IMG/VR virus record: IMGVR_UViG_3300027741_000025
Location: 1 to 64,000 of that record
DNA: 64,000 nt
Source of the DNA: a virus
Strand: one strand, 5' to 3'
Shown here piece after piece: positions 18,001 through 27,247 of the stretch (the stretch's first letter is position 1; each line of letters starts with the position of its first letter). Position numbers and translations under genes: made by a program. The notes under the pieces were generated by a model. The model had not been told where the DNA came from. It saw only the letters and a list, made by a program, of their open reading frames with translations, and ran no database searches.

Positions 18001-19158
18001 CTTGACCACATATATGTTGCTATTTGCACCCGGAACACAATTAAATTCATTAAGAGTTCCGTCCGAGTTCAGCCTGACGATGCGACCCGCCGATGCCTCG
18101 ACATCGAACTGATTGACTTGGTCAAAATGCCCGACCACAATCAATCTCTCATCTGACTGTTGAGCGACATCACGAACGTATCCGTTATCACCACCGCTGA
18201 AAACAGGAGGCATAAAACTTTCATCTTCTGTTCCGTCCTCGTTTATTCTTCTTATGTTGCGAGATTGGTCGTTTAACCCACTCACACCTCCGACCACAAT
18301 CTTTCCATCAGCCTGTATGAGCACAACATCGCCAAGACCAAGCTGATCAAAGTTGGGATCTATTCCATCTCCACTACCGCCATCTATATCGGCATCGTCT
18401 GAAAACAGAAACAGACCCTTAACAAGGTCAGTGACCTGGGAGTAACCCGTCTTGAGATTGCTTAGTTGCCCATTCAACTCTTCGTCGTCCGAGGCACCAT
18501 TTGCTTCGTAAATGTTGATCATTACGCCCTTGAAGTAAGCCGTGCCTCCATCATAGTCAGCATCAAATCCAATTCGGTAAGGACCGCCATCCATCAACTT
18601 CTCGTGCAACACAATTGTGTCAAGAACAGTTCCTAAGGTGTCCTCGCCTTCATAGGTGACGGCAGTAACGGTTCTGGCGGCTGGGTTATATGTGACCTTG
18701 AAGGTGTAGACGCCATTTTCTAGAACATCGGAGCCTCTTCTGTCTGAGTTCCATAAACCATAATACTCACCAGAATTGTTTACAAACTTGTTCGTGCCGT
18801 AAATGTATGGAGTTGGGCAATTAACAGAAAACGCTATTCTTGAAGGATCTGGATTCCAATTCCAATTTGGTAATTGTCCATCATTATAAAAACATATACC
18901 TTGGTCTGTGCAATCATCATTGTGATCTACTGTAAAAATAACTTCACAAACTTGATGCCCACTGATATTAAAATTAGTTCTTACGCTATATCCTGTGATC
19001 GGAGTGCTGCCGAACGGACCATCCTGACTAGAATTTCCAATAAAATACATACCATCAGGACCAAAGCCAAAGTCAGTGTTTAAGGTTTTCCCGGTTTGAT
19101 TACCATATTCGGCTAGCCAAGATGGTATTGAAGTAAGGTCGCTGGTATATGTTTTCAT
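15007..19158 (-). CDS. Large adhesin-like virion protein: delta-60 beta-propeller repeats, PT linker, PA14-like C-terminus
   Basis: Repeated Q.DGKI..GG.F...I.RLN.DGT.D..F; (PTATAT)n; GYF..T....[15 protein letters not shown]. Confidence 0.75.
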   Translation of the reverse strand: MKTYTSDLTSIPSWLAEYGNQTGKTLNTDFGFGPDGMYFIGNSSQDGPFGSTPITGYSVRTNFNISGHQVCEVIFTVDHNDDCTDQGICFYNDGQLPNWNWNPDPSRIAFSVNCPTPYIYGTNKFVNNSGEYYGLWNSDRRGSDVLENGVYTFKVTYNPAARTVTAVTYEGEDTLGTVLDTIVLHEKLMDGGPYRIGFDADYDGGTAYFKGVMINIYEANGASDDEELNGQLSNLKTGYSQVTDLVKGLFLFSDDADIDGGSGDGIDPNFDQLGLGDVVLIQADGKIVVGGVSGLNDQSRNIRRINEDGTEDESFMPPVFSGGDNGYVRDVAQQSDERLIVVGHFDQVNQFDVEASAGRIVRLNSDGTLNEFNCVPGANSNIYVVKVLSDDRILIGGSFNQYGGVNCSKIALLDSNGIVDGTFAGNVSLNGAVHAIEVTGDYSGGTLGIYVGGQFTNKIIKLNEDGTTDGSFSVGSGFGSSIGGGNPRVSSIKVQPDNKVLVGHWFSTYNGVDCGKGLTLLNSDGTRDNNFLSVFFDDVWTGDTPDDGNHQGGVNTIALQDDGKIIVGGWFDNANGLWQSRIARLEYTYPAASTSIDRTFDIGFGFSYNGWNWGPRVQDIKLDADGNVYVAGSFTDYNHAARFQYAKLDANGTLQEWSVLPAFKQMGIDDGMDDMYDGANFLNTNLTLPYLYIKCYGGNNVVSGGEGACGCPEAGVICGLNANSSIPSTHTQAWDQGPEDDFYDESRGPDETGSDDIEWPEYRYLPVCDSHVMVGDGYFGEGSSYFTAMFPGMFVLAANNINITQFSITGDIGSDGDGADISEIFPINAGGNTYTAYLKTNYGAGDPSINHIIIVDGNGDGIDQFYDPTSRGDEHCITGLEGKTKLFFLCVGKGNGVAMEAAEAKEIATKFLEVAGLGGCGPKTYELNLSPDHPETIPNYAYDGEGNMDTAIIVDPVTGKRRSIQRTGYFELTDNCGNRKVVSAKDGEIVSSDTNTWYNAVSSFVEPVVVTPTPTPTPTPTATATPTPTATATPTPTATATPTPTATATPTPTATATPTPTATATPEPTATATPEPTATATPEPTATATPEPTATATPEPTATATGDLAPYSYTIKYSESDGMNNKYGWVDNETACALESEGWGEITIYSPSPTLTNGMSFYLDSLGAQIQTVVANKYYYYSSENKSFMWASYNTISNIEICPTPTPTPTPTPTNTPYPITYPDPGGLNAGYTAYIYASEWDDTIEYFGTHSTVSVVYSSGTVVGQNLMNWGAGVIKIQGYFLATTAETHTFYLSADSGSYLWLGSHALSPTMSNYDLGGVTNEQSVNINLVPGDFLPFFVVYAQPSSFNSGSTGFNLSYSTSTISKTNNWGYSNSWRGASLP

Positions 19159-19206
19159 ATAATTTCCTTTTTAATGATTTATAAAGGTATATATGAAAAC
19201 TACAAA

Positions 19207-19782
19207 TTATTTAACAATTAGACTTTTGATTTTATATCTATACTTTTCATAGAAGCTTTCGGCTTCGCTCATTATGTTTCTATCTATATAAATTTCTTTT
19301 TTATCTTGTGTGTTATTTTTTATCTTTATTTTATCTTTTATTCCAATCATTTGATGAATTTTATTGTAAGTTTCATTGTTTTGTAAATCTTCATCAAAAA
19401 ACACAAGGCAGTCGCCTGATTTTTTGATCATCTCATATATTCTTCTAACTCTAAAGCAGTAATAATTACAAGCAGTTCTTTCATCATAAATCTTATTATG
19501 AACTATGCTATCTAAAGATTTTTTTGGATCACCAACAACATAAACAAAGTTCAGATATTTAAATAATTCTTTGCAAGAAAACTCATGATTATAGAGAATG
19601 TGATCAAAATAAACCTTGGGTCTTTTTCTATATTCTGTGTTTGGTCTTTTAAAAGATAGACAATCTAAGTTGGAATATAAATTAAAATTTAACCTCTGAA
19701 GCCTAACACCAGAGTCCAAATTTTGAACTAATCTGTCACTTCCTGATTCTAAGTGACTTACAATTAAAAGAATTTTATTCAT
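19207..19782 (-). CDS. Sulfotransferase-like protein (degenerate)
   Basis: LLIVSHLESGS..L resembles the RSGS PAPS loop; FVYVVGDP resembles the I..vRDP motif. Confidence 0.45.
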   Translation of the reverse strand: MNKILLIVSHLESGSDRLVQNLDSGVRLQRLNFNLYSNLDCLSFKRPNTEYRKRPKVYFDHILYNHEFSCKELFKYLNFVYVVGDPKKSLDSIVHNKIYDERTACNYYCFRVRRIYEMIKKSGDCLVFFDEDLQNNETYNKIHQMIGIKDKIKIKNNTQDKKEIYIDRNIMSEAESFYEKYRYKIKSLIVK

Positions 19783-19874
19783 TTTAATTCAACTGTTAAA
19801 TTACAAACAACTTCTTTTTTCTCTTCTGCGGAAGTTTCAATAGAAATTCCAGGTATTCCTTCGATTTTTAGCAT
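19779..19874 (-). CDS. 31-aa small protein (not in ORF track)
   Basis: GAGG RBS; MLKIEGIPGISIETSAEEKKEVVCNLTVELK*; ATGA overlap. Confidence 0.5.
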   Translation of the reverse strand: MLKIEGIPGISIETSAEEKKEVVCNLTVELK

Positions 19875-19896
19875 AAATTACCTCTCTTTAGGAGAG

Positions 19897-20550
19897 TTAA
19901 TAATAATAAAGTTTATACTTAAAGCTTGGTCCACCTCGGCGGCTTTTGTGATAGACTTGCATAACAGCACACCATAGAATTAATTCTTTTACTTTGTGTT
20001 TTCTTGCTAAAGACACGAGATCATCTTCCTTAAATCCTTTCTCCCTCTCCGCCAGTAACCAAGAAGTTATTTTTTCAACACTTTCTTCTTCCGAGCTAGA
20101 CAGATGATTTAGCATATAATTACCCAAAAAAAATGCCTCATCGCGATCGTCGCCTTTTGATTCACTTGTGTCAGCCATTGTTTTAAGAATAGAGTCAAAA
20201 GAATGTCCTTTTTCAAGCTCTCCTCTTGCCCAATTTACCAAATTCTTTTCTCTTGATAGTCGATTTAGGTAGCGTGCATTATTATTAATAATGTGATCAG
20301 GTATTTTATGATCTTTTGCTATTTTATTTATTGAATCTATCGAATGTCCTTTTTCAAACTCTCCTCTTGCCCATTTATTATATTCCTCGACTTTTTTATA
20401 ATAGATGTCAGCCTCTTCTTTTGATTTCCAATGCTTTCCGTAGATGTCGCGAACGGAGTCTGGTTCTCCGCCTGGCTCGTGGGACCAGGGCAAGGGCTCT
20501 TCATCTTCGTGTTCTTCATTTTCTCTTAAAAACTTTTTAAAAGTTCTCAT
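19897..20550 (-). CDS. Tagged protein with an internal helical repeat
   Basis: MRTFKKFLRE; WARGE[FL]EKGHS[IF]DSI twice plus a degenerate third copy. Confidence 0.75.
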   Translation of the reverse strand: MRTFKKFLRENEEHEDEEPLPWSHEPGGEPDSVRDIYGKHWKSKEEADIYYKKVEEYNKWARGEFEKGHSIDSINKIAKDHKIPDHIINNNARYLNRLSREKNLVNWARGELEKGHSFDSILKTMADTSESKGDDRDEAFFLGNYMLNHLSSSEEESVEKITSWLLAEREKGFKEDDLVSLARKHKVKELILWCAVMQVYHKSRRGGPSFKYKLYYY

Positions 20551-21131
20551 GTTGTTGGAGGAGGTGATGGTCCACCAGAAGGAGTTCCACCAGAAGGAGT
20601 TCCACCAGAAGGAGTTCCACCAGAAGGAGTTCCACCAGAAGGAGTTCCAGCACCTCTTTGAGAGAATGTTGGTTGAGTATTTGCCGCAGGCTGCATTCTT
20701 GGAATCATTTCTTTTTGCTTTTCAAGAGTAGCCAATATTCTTTTCATGTAGAAGGCTAAATTAGTTTTTCCATCTGTCATTGTCATATTTTTAGTCTGAT
20801 CATTCTTTTCTAATGTATCGATTAATGCTTTCAAAGAATTAACAGCAGAATCAAATTTAGATCCAGGACCCATTACTGTGTCCTTTGCTTGAGCCCAGCC
20901 CCCCTTGACGCCTCCGCCGCTGATAACATTTTGTCCGAATTGCTTGATCCCAGAACCAATATTTTTTATTGTATCTAAAAATCCTTCTTGTAACTCAATA
21001 TCTGGATCTTTCGAAACATAATCTAATATGAATGTTTGTGGATCTATGTCCATTTCAACCATAAGATCGGCTGCTCTGACAATAGAGTTCTCAAGATTCT
21101 TGTGATCAACAAATTCATAAAAAGTTTTCAT
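20547..21131 (-). CDS. Putative internal/ejected protein, paralog of 3395..4339
   Basis: MKTFYEFV start; LQE|GFLDTIKNIG; (GGTPS)x5 tail from a 15-nt repeat at 20571-20649. Confidence 0.75.
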   Translation of the reverse strand: MKTFYEFVDHKNLENSIVRAADLMVEMDIDPQTFILDYVSKDPDIELQEGFLDTIKNIGSGIKQFGQNVISGGGVKGGWAQAKDTVMGPGSKFDSAVNSLKALIDTLEKNDQTKNMTMTDGKTNLAFYMKRILATLEKQKEMIPRMQPAANTQPTFSQRGAGTPSGGTPSGGTPSGGTPSGGTPSGGPSPPPTT

Positions 21132-21220
21132 TGTTTTTCCTTGTTATCGAGTTGCTAAATTATATATACACAATAAAAAAAAATTTTCTAATATATAATA
21201 GGCTTTACAAAAGGAAAAAC

Positions 21221-22294
21221 ATGAGAAGAAAACTTTTAATTTTAACGTCTTTTTTGCTTTCATTGATTAATTCTGGGCTAATTTACACAAAATTTGTTGT
21301 TATCGATAAACAACCACAGAAAATCGAAGAAAAAAAGTTTAATTCTCTTGAAGAAGCTGTAGAAGCCGTGAGCGAACAAGATTTGAAGCAATATGTTGAA
21401 AAATTATCTGATAAAGATCTTGAAGGCAGAATGAGCGGCAAATCTGGTAATAAAAAAGCCGCAGATTACATTGATTCTGTGTTGGATGAGAATGGAATAT
21501 CTCATGTAAGACAAAGATTTGGTATTAAAAAAGCAGTCAACATTGGTCCAAACAAAGAAGAAGGAGATGCATTCACAGAAAATATAATTGCTTATATTAT
21601 ATCGGACACTAATAAAGACGACATAATAGTTTTAGGAGCACATTTTGATCATATAGGCTACGGACCTGCATATAGTAGGGATAAGACTGCAATTCATCCT
21701 GGTGCTGATGATAATGCCAGCGGTGTGAGTGTTCTTTTGGAATTAGCCAAGATTCTGAAGACTATGAAATTAAATAAAACAGTTTGCTTTCAGTTTTATT
21801 CAGGTGAAGAAATGGGTTTATTGGGAAGCAAGTATTATTGCAATAACCCTATTCTGCCACTAGACGGTCCAGACATTAAAAAGCATTTGGCAATGATAAA
21901 TTTTGATATGGTGGGATATTTAGATGAAAAATATATCAGAAAAGCCAATATGTTTGAAAGCTCGGTTGATCTTAGAGAATATGTTTATAGTTTAAATGAA
22001 AAATATAATTTCGCAAAAAAGATTAGCGGATTCGGACCAGGTTCAAGCGACCACTCAAGTTTTTATAATAAAAAAATACCAATAGCTTTTATTCATACAG
22101 GAGTTCATCCATATTATCACACATCAAGAGATACTCCTGAAAAACTAAACTACAAGGGTATGGTTGAAATAACAAAATTCGCTCTTGAACTTATAAACAA
22201 AATTGATTACAATAATAATCCTAAATTCACAATAGTTGACTTCAAGCCTTTTGAAGCCAGCTACGATCACGAACAAATAAAATTCGGAGAATAA
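21221..22294 (+). CDS. M28 family aminopeptidase with N-terminal signal/anchor
   Basis: LEGR, GAHFDHIG, GADDNASG, SGEEMGLLGS, NFDMVG, SDHSSF, YHT..D. Confidence 0.93.
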   Translation: MRRKLLILTSFLLSLINSGLIYTKFVVIDKQPQKIEEKKFNSLEEAVEAVSEQDLKQYVEKLSDKDLEGRMSGKSGNKKAADYIDSVLDENGISHVRQRFGIKKAVNIGPNKEEGDAFTENIIAYIISDTNKDDIIVLGAHFDHIGYGPAYSRDKTAIHPGADDNASGVSVLLELAKILKTMKLNKTVCFQFYSGEEMGLLGSKYYCNNPILPLDGPDIKKHLAMINFDMVGYLDEKYIRKANMFESSVDLREYVYSLNEKYNFAKKISGFGPGSSDHSSFYNKKIPIAFIHTGVHPYYHTSRDTPEKLNYKGMVEITKFALELINKIDYNNNPKFTIVDFKPFEASYDHEQIKFGE

Positions 22295-22296
22295 TA

Positions 22297-22719
22297 GTGA
22301 CTAAACAAGAGCTTATCAATCTTTTAAACAATGATCTTAAAAATGAATGGAAGCATCATAATTTTTATCTTCATAACGCAAGCACACTCACAGGCTTGCT
22401 TTCAATAGAATATAAAGAGTTTCTATTAAAGCAGGCTGAAAGTGAAATGCATCATGTGACTCAGTGGTCAGACATGATAAAAGGCTTGGGCGGCATTCCT
22501 ACAAAAGTGTGCAACGAGTTTCCAACATTGTCTTCTCTTGGAGAGATTCTTAACTACGCTCTATCTATGGAAGAAGAAGTGTTGGCTAATTATGTCAAAA
22601 GAATAGATGATGCCGAACAACTGGGCGGGGTAGACGGATATTGGGTCACTATATTTCTTGAAAATCAAATACAAGACAGCAGACAAGATAGAGACGAAAT
22701 ACTTAAATTTTTAAGTTAA
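22297..22719 (+). CDS. Bacterioferritin/ferritin-like protein
   Basis: LN..L..E....Y, EMHH, LGGIP, E......Y four-helix pattern. Confidence 0.8.
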   Translation: MTKQELINLLNNDLKNEWKHHNFYLHNASTLTGLLSIEYKEFLLKQAESEMHHVTQWSDMIKGLGGIPTKVCNEFPTLSSLGEILNYALSMEEEVLANYVKRIDDAEQLGGVDGYWVTIFLENQIQDSRQDRDEILKFLS

Positions 22720-22728
22720 TGTGGTTGC

Positions 22729-23649
22729 CTATGGTGTTGGTGTAGAACAAGGTTGCGTATTACAACTTCTGCTTTCAGATAGCGCAGGACAAGCACTGCC
22801 TCCATTTGCAGGAGCCACCAATACAGAGCGTCTGTGTGTTTGTGTGCCACCATCACAAGTTTGACTACACGCACTCCAAGCACCCCAAGCGCTGACCACA
22901 CAGTCTACTGGTAGTTGTGTAGGTGGCGTTGGTGTTGGCGTAGGAGTAGGAGTGGAAGTAGGAGTTGGTGTGGGTAATGTGTTTTGATCAACAAACCCGA
23001 AACAAACTGTGCAGTAATTTTCACTCACAGTATAATTAAATGTCACACTACTTACCATTCCGTCTATTCTAATGATATTAAATCCTTCTGCGCCTGTAAA
23101 CTGATCATATTGAGTAGAATTTGTTGGATTTTGATATGTTGTATCTATACTCCAAATTGGAGTAAATGGCGTTGAAACCTGAACAGGAACAGCAAGTCCT
23201 GGTTGACCAACACTAGCGAATGCAACCAAAGCATCTGTGACAGGACTACTGAAAGTAGCAGTAAATATACCAGATTGGGTATTTTTTATTTGAGTCCCAT
23301 TAAACGGCACACCATACTCTGCAGGAAAGGAATTCGCAGCATACATTCCAGTAAGCTCTCCCATTCCACCACCGCTTTGGGTAATCGCAACAGTAATATC
23401 GTTTTGACCGATTCCAGATGCTGTGTTTGATGTAACAGAATTAATAGTCATCCACTGAAATCCCGAACTACCAAAAACTTGTGGCGTGGGCGTTGGCGTG
23501 GGCGTGGGATTTGGGGTTGGAGTTGGCGTCAAATTAGAACCAAAATACAATATTTGATTTGTAATTTTATACAAAGGCTTTTTCCAAAACCTACGTACAA
23601 CACCCTTGGTTAAATCATAGTGTCCATGAGATTTAAAATATTTTTTCAT
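22729..23649 (-). CDS. Virion protein with PT linkers and a C-terminal thrombospondin type-1 repeat
   Basis: DCVVSAWGAWSACSQTCDGGTQTHRR...NGGSACP...SRSCNTQPC. Confidence 0.8.
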   Translation of the reverse strand: MKKYFKSHGHYDLTKGVVRRFWKKPLYKITNQILYFGSNLTPTPTPNPTPTPTPTPQVFGSSGFQWMTINSVTSNTASGIGQNDITVAITQSGGGMGELTGMYAANSFPAEYGVPFNGTQIKNTQSGIFTATFSSPVTDALVAFASVGQPGLAVPVQVSTPFTPIWSIDTTYQNPTNSTQYDQFTGAEGFNIIRIDGMVSSVTFNYTVSENYCTVCFGFVDQNTLPTPTPTSTPTPTPTPTPPTQLPVDCVVSAWGAWSACSQTCDGGTQTHRRSVLVAPANGGSACPALSESRSCNTQPCSTPTP

Positions 23650-23651
23650 AA

Positions 23652-24464
23652 CTATGGTGTTACGAAATCACCATTTGCCAACACATATGGTATTTCTGTA
23701 ACCTTTGAGGGATTAGTATTGCTACCACTATATGTGTAGTTTATTTTTCGAGCAAAGTCGCCTTCCACCGCTCCAGCAGGATATTCGATTATTTGAGTTA
23801 TCCTATCACTACCATCTACTGTTATTTTTTGAAAAGTAAATAAGCCAGATCTTCCCTTAAGAAGCTCATAATCATCTTTTGAAGGTATTGTGAATCCAGC
23901 AGCCTCAATTACATCCTGATCTAAGGAATCAGAGGTGTCCAGCTTGATTAACATCCCGAGGCTATCTGGATAAGTTAATCTATTTTCTATTGTGTGTCTT
24001 TCAAAATAACTTGGAAGATCTGCAACACTTGCATATTTGTTGAATTTTAATAAAGATTCGGCGCCTGTATTGCTAAAATAAATCTTTATATCCTGACGCT
24101 TTAGATTATTCTTGGATACAACAATTGTGTCTGCATTATTTAATTTGGTAACAGAAGCAACAAGTAGTTCTGAAAAAACTGGGTTTGCATTTAATGCGGA
24201 TGCTATTTCCGAAGCTCTTGTTTGTGAGGCAGTTGCTCCAGCTATGTTTATTTGAATTGAGCTCCATATTTTAAAATCTCTATCCCAAGAATAATTTAGA
24301 GTCAAAGTATTCAAAGATGAAAGATCGTACGGACCAGAGTTCCAAGCTATTTGTTTTGTTTGAGCATTTTTATTTGCTGGTATCTTGTAAGTGATAGATG
24401 CTTGTCTATCACCTAAAACTAAATAGCCTTGAAATTCTTGATCAAATAAATTTTGAAAAAACAT
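23652..24464 (-). CDS. Hypothetical, probably structural protein
   Basis: 270-aa ORF, AAGGA RBS, beta-rich, same operon as the TSP1 protein. Confidence 0.6.
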   Translation of the reverse strand: MFFQNLFDQEFQGYLVLGDRQASITYKIPANKNAQTKQIAWNSGPYDLSSLNTLTLNYSWDRDFKIWSSIQINIAGATASQTRASEIASALNANPVFSELLVASVTKLNNADTIVVSKNNLKRQDIKIYFSNTGAESLLKFNKYASVADLPSYFERHTIENRLTYPDSLGMLIKLDTSDSLDQDVIEAAGFTIPSKDDYELLKGRSGLFTFQKITVDGSDRITQIIEYPAGAVEGDFARKINYTYSGSNTNPSKVTEIPYVLANGDFVTP

Positions 24465-24473
24465 TTTTAATCC

Positions 24474-24761
24474 TTATTTAACTAGCAGGTAAACTAAACC
24501 TATTACTTGAAGAGCAATAAATACAACTAAAACTTTATCTACAACTTTTGAGACATCCAGTTTTGCATCACTCTTTTTTGCTACTGACATCTTTTCTTCA
24601 ATTTTTTGTATCATTGATTTTTTGGCATCAACTTTTGATTCAACCGCCTTAGGAGCTAAAGATTTATTTTCTTTTGCGGGCTGTTTTCTATTTTTAGGAA
24701 CCATGGGCTTTTGTTTTTGATCCAATGGTTTTGTTTCATTTTTCTTGTTAGGTTTTTTCAT
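24474..24761 (-). CDS. Lys-rich tail-anchored membrane protein
   Basis: C-terminal VLVVFIALQVIGLVYLLV; GGGAG RBS. Confidence 0.75.
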   Translation of the reverse strand: MKKPNKKNETKPLDQKQKPMVPKNRKQPAKENKSLAPKAVESKVDAKKSMIQKIEEKMSVAKKSDAKLDVSKVVDKVLVVFIALQVIGLVYLLVK

Positions 24762-24794
24762 TTTTGTCTCCCTTTTAAGTACAGGTATATATAA

Positions 24795-25310
24795 TTATAT
24801 TCCCCATTTATTACTTAAGTAATTTATCAATTTTTTCTTATTTTCTTCAAAATTTGATTTGGATAATTCTTTTTGCTTCTCTCGGCTCTTAATTTCCTTT
24901 TCTTTAGCCCTTTTGTATAGTGGGTTTATCTTTTCCTCCCATACAATGTTTGGAACATAAGCCTCTAATTCTCCCGAAACTTCCTCATAAACATTTTGTG
25001 ATTCATATGCTACTTTAATTTTTTTATCATTTTCAAAAACAAATATTTCTAAATTAACGCCCATTCCAAGTCCATCAAAAAACCAACCTACGCAATCAAC
25101 ATTTGATTCTATATCCATTTCCTGTATGTCTTCGCCGGAAGTTTTCCAAAAATCATCATATGACAAAGTCTCTTTAACTACGCCTTGATCTAATATCTCA
25201 TGACCAAGATTTCTGGCTATACATACGAGCTTCCCTTGAAATCCCATGTATTCTTTTTGTATGGCTTCTACTGTTCTTTTTTCTTTTATTTGTTGTTCAT
25301 TAAATTTCAT
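24795..25310 (-). CDS. Hypothetical protein
   Basis: ORF filling the gap; start at MKFNEQ is uncertain. Confidence 0.7.
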   Translation of the reverse strand: MKFNEQQIKEKRTVEAIQKEYMGFQGKLVCIARNLGHEILDQGVVKETLSYDDFWKTSGEDIQEMDIESNVDCVGWFFDGLGMGVNLEIFVFENDKKIKVAYESQNVYEEVSGELEAYVPNIVWEEKINPLYKRAKEKEIKSREKQKELSKSNFEENKKKLINYLSNKWGI

Positions 25311-25359
25311 GGCTTCACGCAATATATATCTATAGAGTCAAAAGAAAAAGGAGTTTCTT

Positions 25360-26775
25360 ATGCTAAACAAAATATATAATTGGATTTTTCCAACTAAAAA
25401 AACAAACATTCTGAATAATAATCAACCCATAGAATATTGGGTGAATGATCCAACAACCCCGGAATTAATAGGAAGCACCATATATTCTGGCTCTGTTTTG
25501 CCTATTGATGTCAGCGGATTCGTAGGTGGTGGACACAAAATGACCACGCCAGAAGGCAGAGCAGCCAATTGCTATGCCATAGTCAACAACACTGTTGGCA
25601 ATATTACGCCAAAAATGAAAAAATTTCCTGGGCGTTGGGCAGCGACTAGTAAATTAAATGTATATCCAACCGCTGGTCAAGATCTAAATGCTTTTTACGA
25701 TAGACACAGCCTAAAGTTCTTTTATGCACTTGATCCTGTTGTTAAAAAGAATATTTATACAGCCGACAGTAGCGACATAGTTTCTCACGAAACTGGTCAC
25801 GCCCTTTTGGATGCTATAAGACCAGATTTTTGGAATGTTCAATCTTATGAAGTTTGGGCTTTACACGAATCTTTTGGAGATATAGTTGCGATATTAAACA
25901 TAATGGAAAATAAAGATCTTGTGAATATGGCTTTAAAACAAACTTCTGGAGATCTCAGCAAGAGTAATGTCATATCAAAGCTCGCAGAAGAGCTTGCCAA
26001 AGCTATATTCAATATAACAAAAGGAAAAAAGGGGTACAGTCCTTTATTTTTAAGAGATGCAGCCAATAACTTTAACTACGTCTCCCCAGACAGACTATCA
26101 GATAACACTCCTGATAACGTCTTGAGCAGAGAATGTCATAACTTTAGCAGAGTTTGGACTGGTGCGTGGTACGCCTGCTTAGTTGGAATTTATAATTTTA
26201 ATGTTAAAAATAATATTAATCAATACGATTCTTTGATGTCTGCAAAAGATATTATGGCTCGTTATTTTTTCGAAGCCGTTCAGAATGTGCCCATGACAGC
26301 CAGACTATTTGAAGCTTTGGCAAAAAAAATAATATTAATTGACTCTGGAAATGGATCAAAATATTCTGAAACATTAAATAAGGTGTTCACAGAAAGAAAT
26401 ATTATTGGAAAAATAAGCTTATTGAATAATTTTTCTTTTGATAATGTAAAAGGAGATAAAAAGTTTCTGAAAATAGAGTCTGAAGGAACTGAGATTTATA
26501 GCGATATGGAGAAAATAAAGACTTTAAAGATATCGGATTATGTGAGCAAAAAAGATATTTTAAATAAAAATCTTTATAATGTTGAAATAGAAGTGCCTTT
26601 CGAGGATAGATATGAATTATCAAAGGGTGGTATATTTATACAATCTACCAATAATATTGAAGAAAATGTAAATATTGCGGTTATGTGCTTAAATAGTTTG
26701 AGTAAGAATAATTTATTAGGAAATCTATTTAAAGTAGAAAACAATAAATTAGTCAGAAATAAATTTATAAATTAA
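25360..26775 (+). CDS. Thermolysin-like (M4/M36) zinc metalloprotease
   Basis: NAFY, DIVSHETGH, ALHESFGD, ECH. Confidence 0.85.
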   Translation: MLNKIYNWIFPTKKTNILNNNQPIEYWVNDPTTPELIGSTIYSGSVLPIDVSGFVGGGHKMTTPEGRAANCYAIVNNTVGNITPKMKKFPGRWAATSKLNVYPTAGQDLNAFYDRHSLKFFYALDPVVKKNIYTADSSDIVSHETGHALLDAIRPDFWNVQSYEVWALHESFGDIVAILNIMENKDLVNMALKQTSGDLSKSNVISKLAEELAKAIFNITKGKKGYSPLFLRDAANNFNYVSPDRLSDNTPDNVLSRECHNFSRVWTGAWYACLVGIYNFNVKNNINQYDSLMSAKDIMARYFFEAVQNVPMTARLFEALAKKIILIDSGNGSKYSETLNKVFTERNIIGKISLLNNFSFDNVKGDKKFLKIESEGTEIYSDMEKIKTLKISDYVSKKDILNKNLYNVEIEVPFEDRYELSKGGIFIQSTNNIEENVNIAVMCLNSLSKNNLLGNLFKVENNKLVRNKFIN

Positions 26776-26806
26776 ACTATACTATATTTGCCCAAAAAGA
26801 GATAGG

Positions 26807-26835
26807 TTGACTTAAAGTTAATTTAATGGTAAATT
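26807..26835 (+). promoter_or_regulatory. Sigma70-type promoter
   Basis: TTGACT-N17-TAAATT with TG extension. Confidence 0.6.
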
Positions 26836-26872
26836 TTCACCTCTGTTGTTGAAAAAGAAAGGAAAATAAAAG

Positions 26873-27175
26873 ATGCCCCAAATTATAGACTTTGAAACCA
26901 TGCTCCCAGAGAAGCTTCTTAATGTTTTTTGTTTTTCAAGAGACGAAGATTATTTCGTTGATGATAACGATGATGAAGAAGAAGATTATAATGACTATGA
27001 AGATGAAGAAGAGGAGGATGGCGAGGAAGATGAAGACTGGGGCGGGGAGTGGGAAGAGGTAGGTGACGATGAGGATGAAGATGACGATGAGGACGATGAG
27101 GATTGGGATGAAGACGAGGATGAAGATGACGATGAGGATTGGGATGAAGATGAAGATGAAGATGAAGAATATTGA
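26873..27175 (+). CDS. Extremely acidic small protein
   Basis: ~75-residue D/E tract with WDEDEDE repeats; has its own promoter, RBS and terminator. Confidence 0.7.
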   Translation: MPQIIDFETMLPEKLLNVFCFSRDEDYFVDDNDDEEEDYNDYEDEEEEDGEEDEDWGGEWEEVGDDEDEDDDEDDEDWDEDEDEDDDEDWDEDEDEDEEY

Positions 27176-27206
27176 TTACAATCAAGATTAATTTCCTTTC
27201 TTTTTT

Positions 27207-27234
27207 AAAGCCCCTGATTTTTAGGGGCTTTTTT
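27207..27234 (+). terminator. Intrinsic terminator
   Basis: AAAGCCCCT-loop-AGGGGCTTT followed by Ts. Confidence 0.85.
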
Positions 27235-27247
27235 AATAGATAAACTT

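Noticed and set aside
26919-27185. His/Pro-rich ORF on the minus strand
   Set aside because: Antisense shadow of the D/E-rich gene, which has the promoter, RBS and terminator
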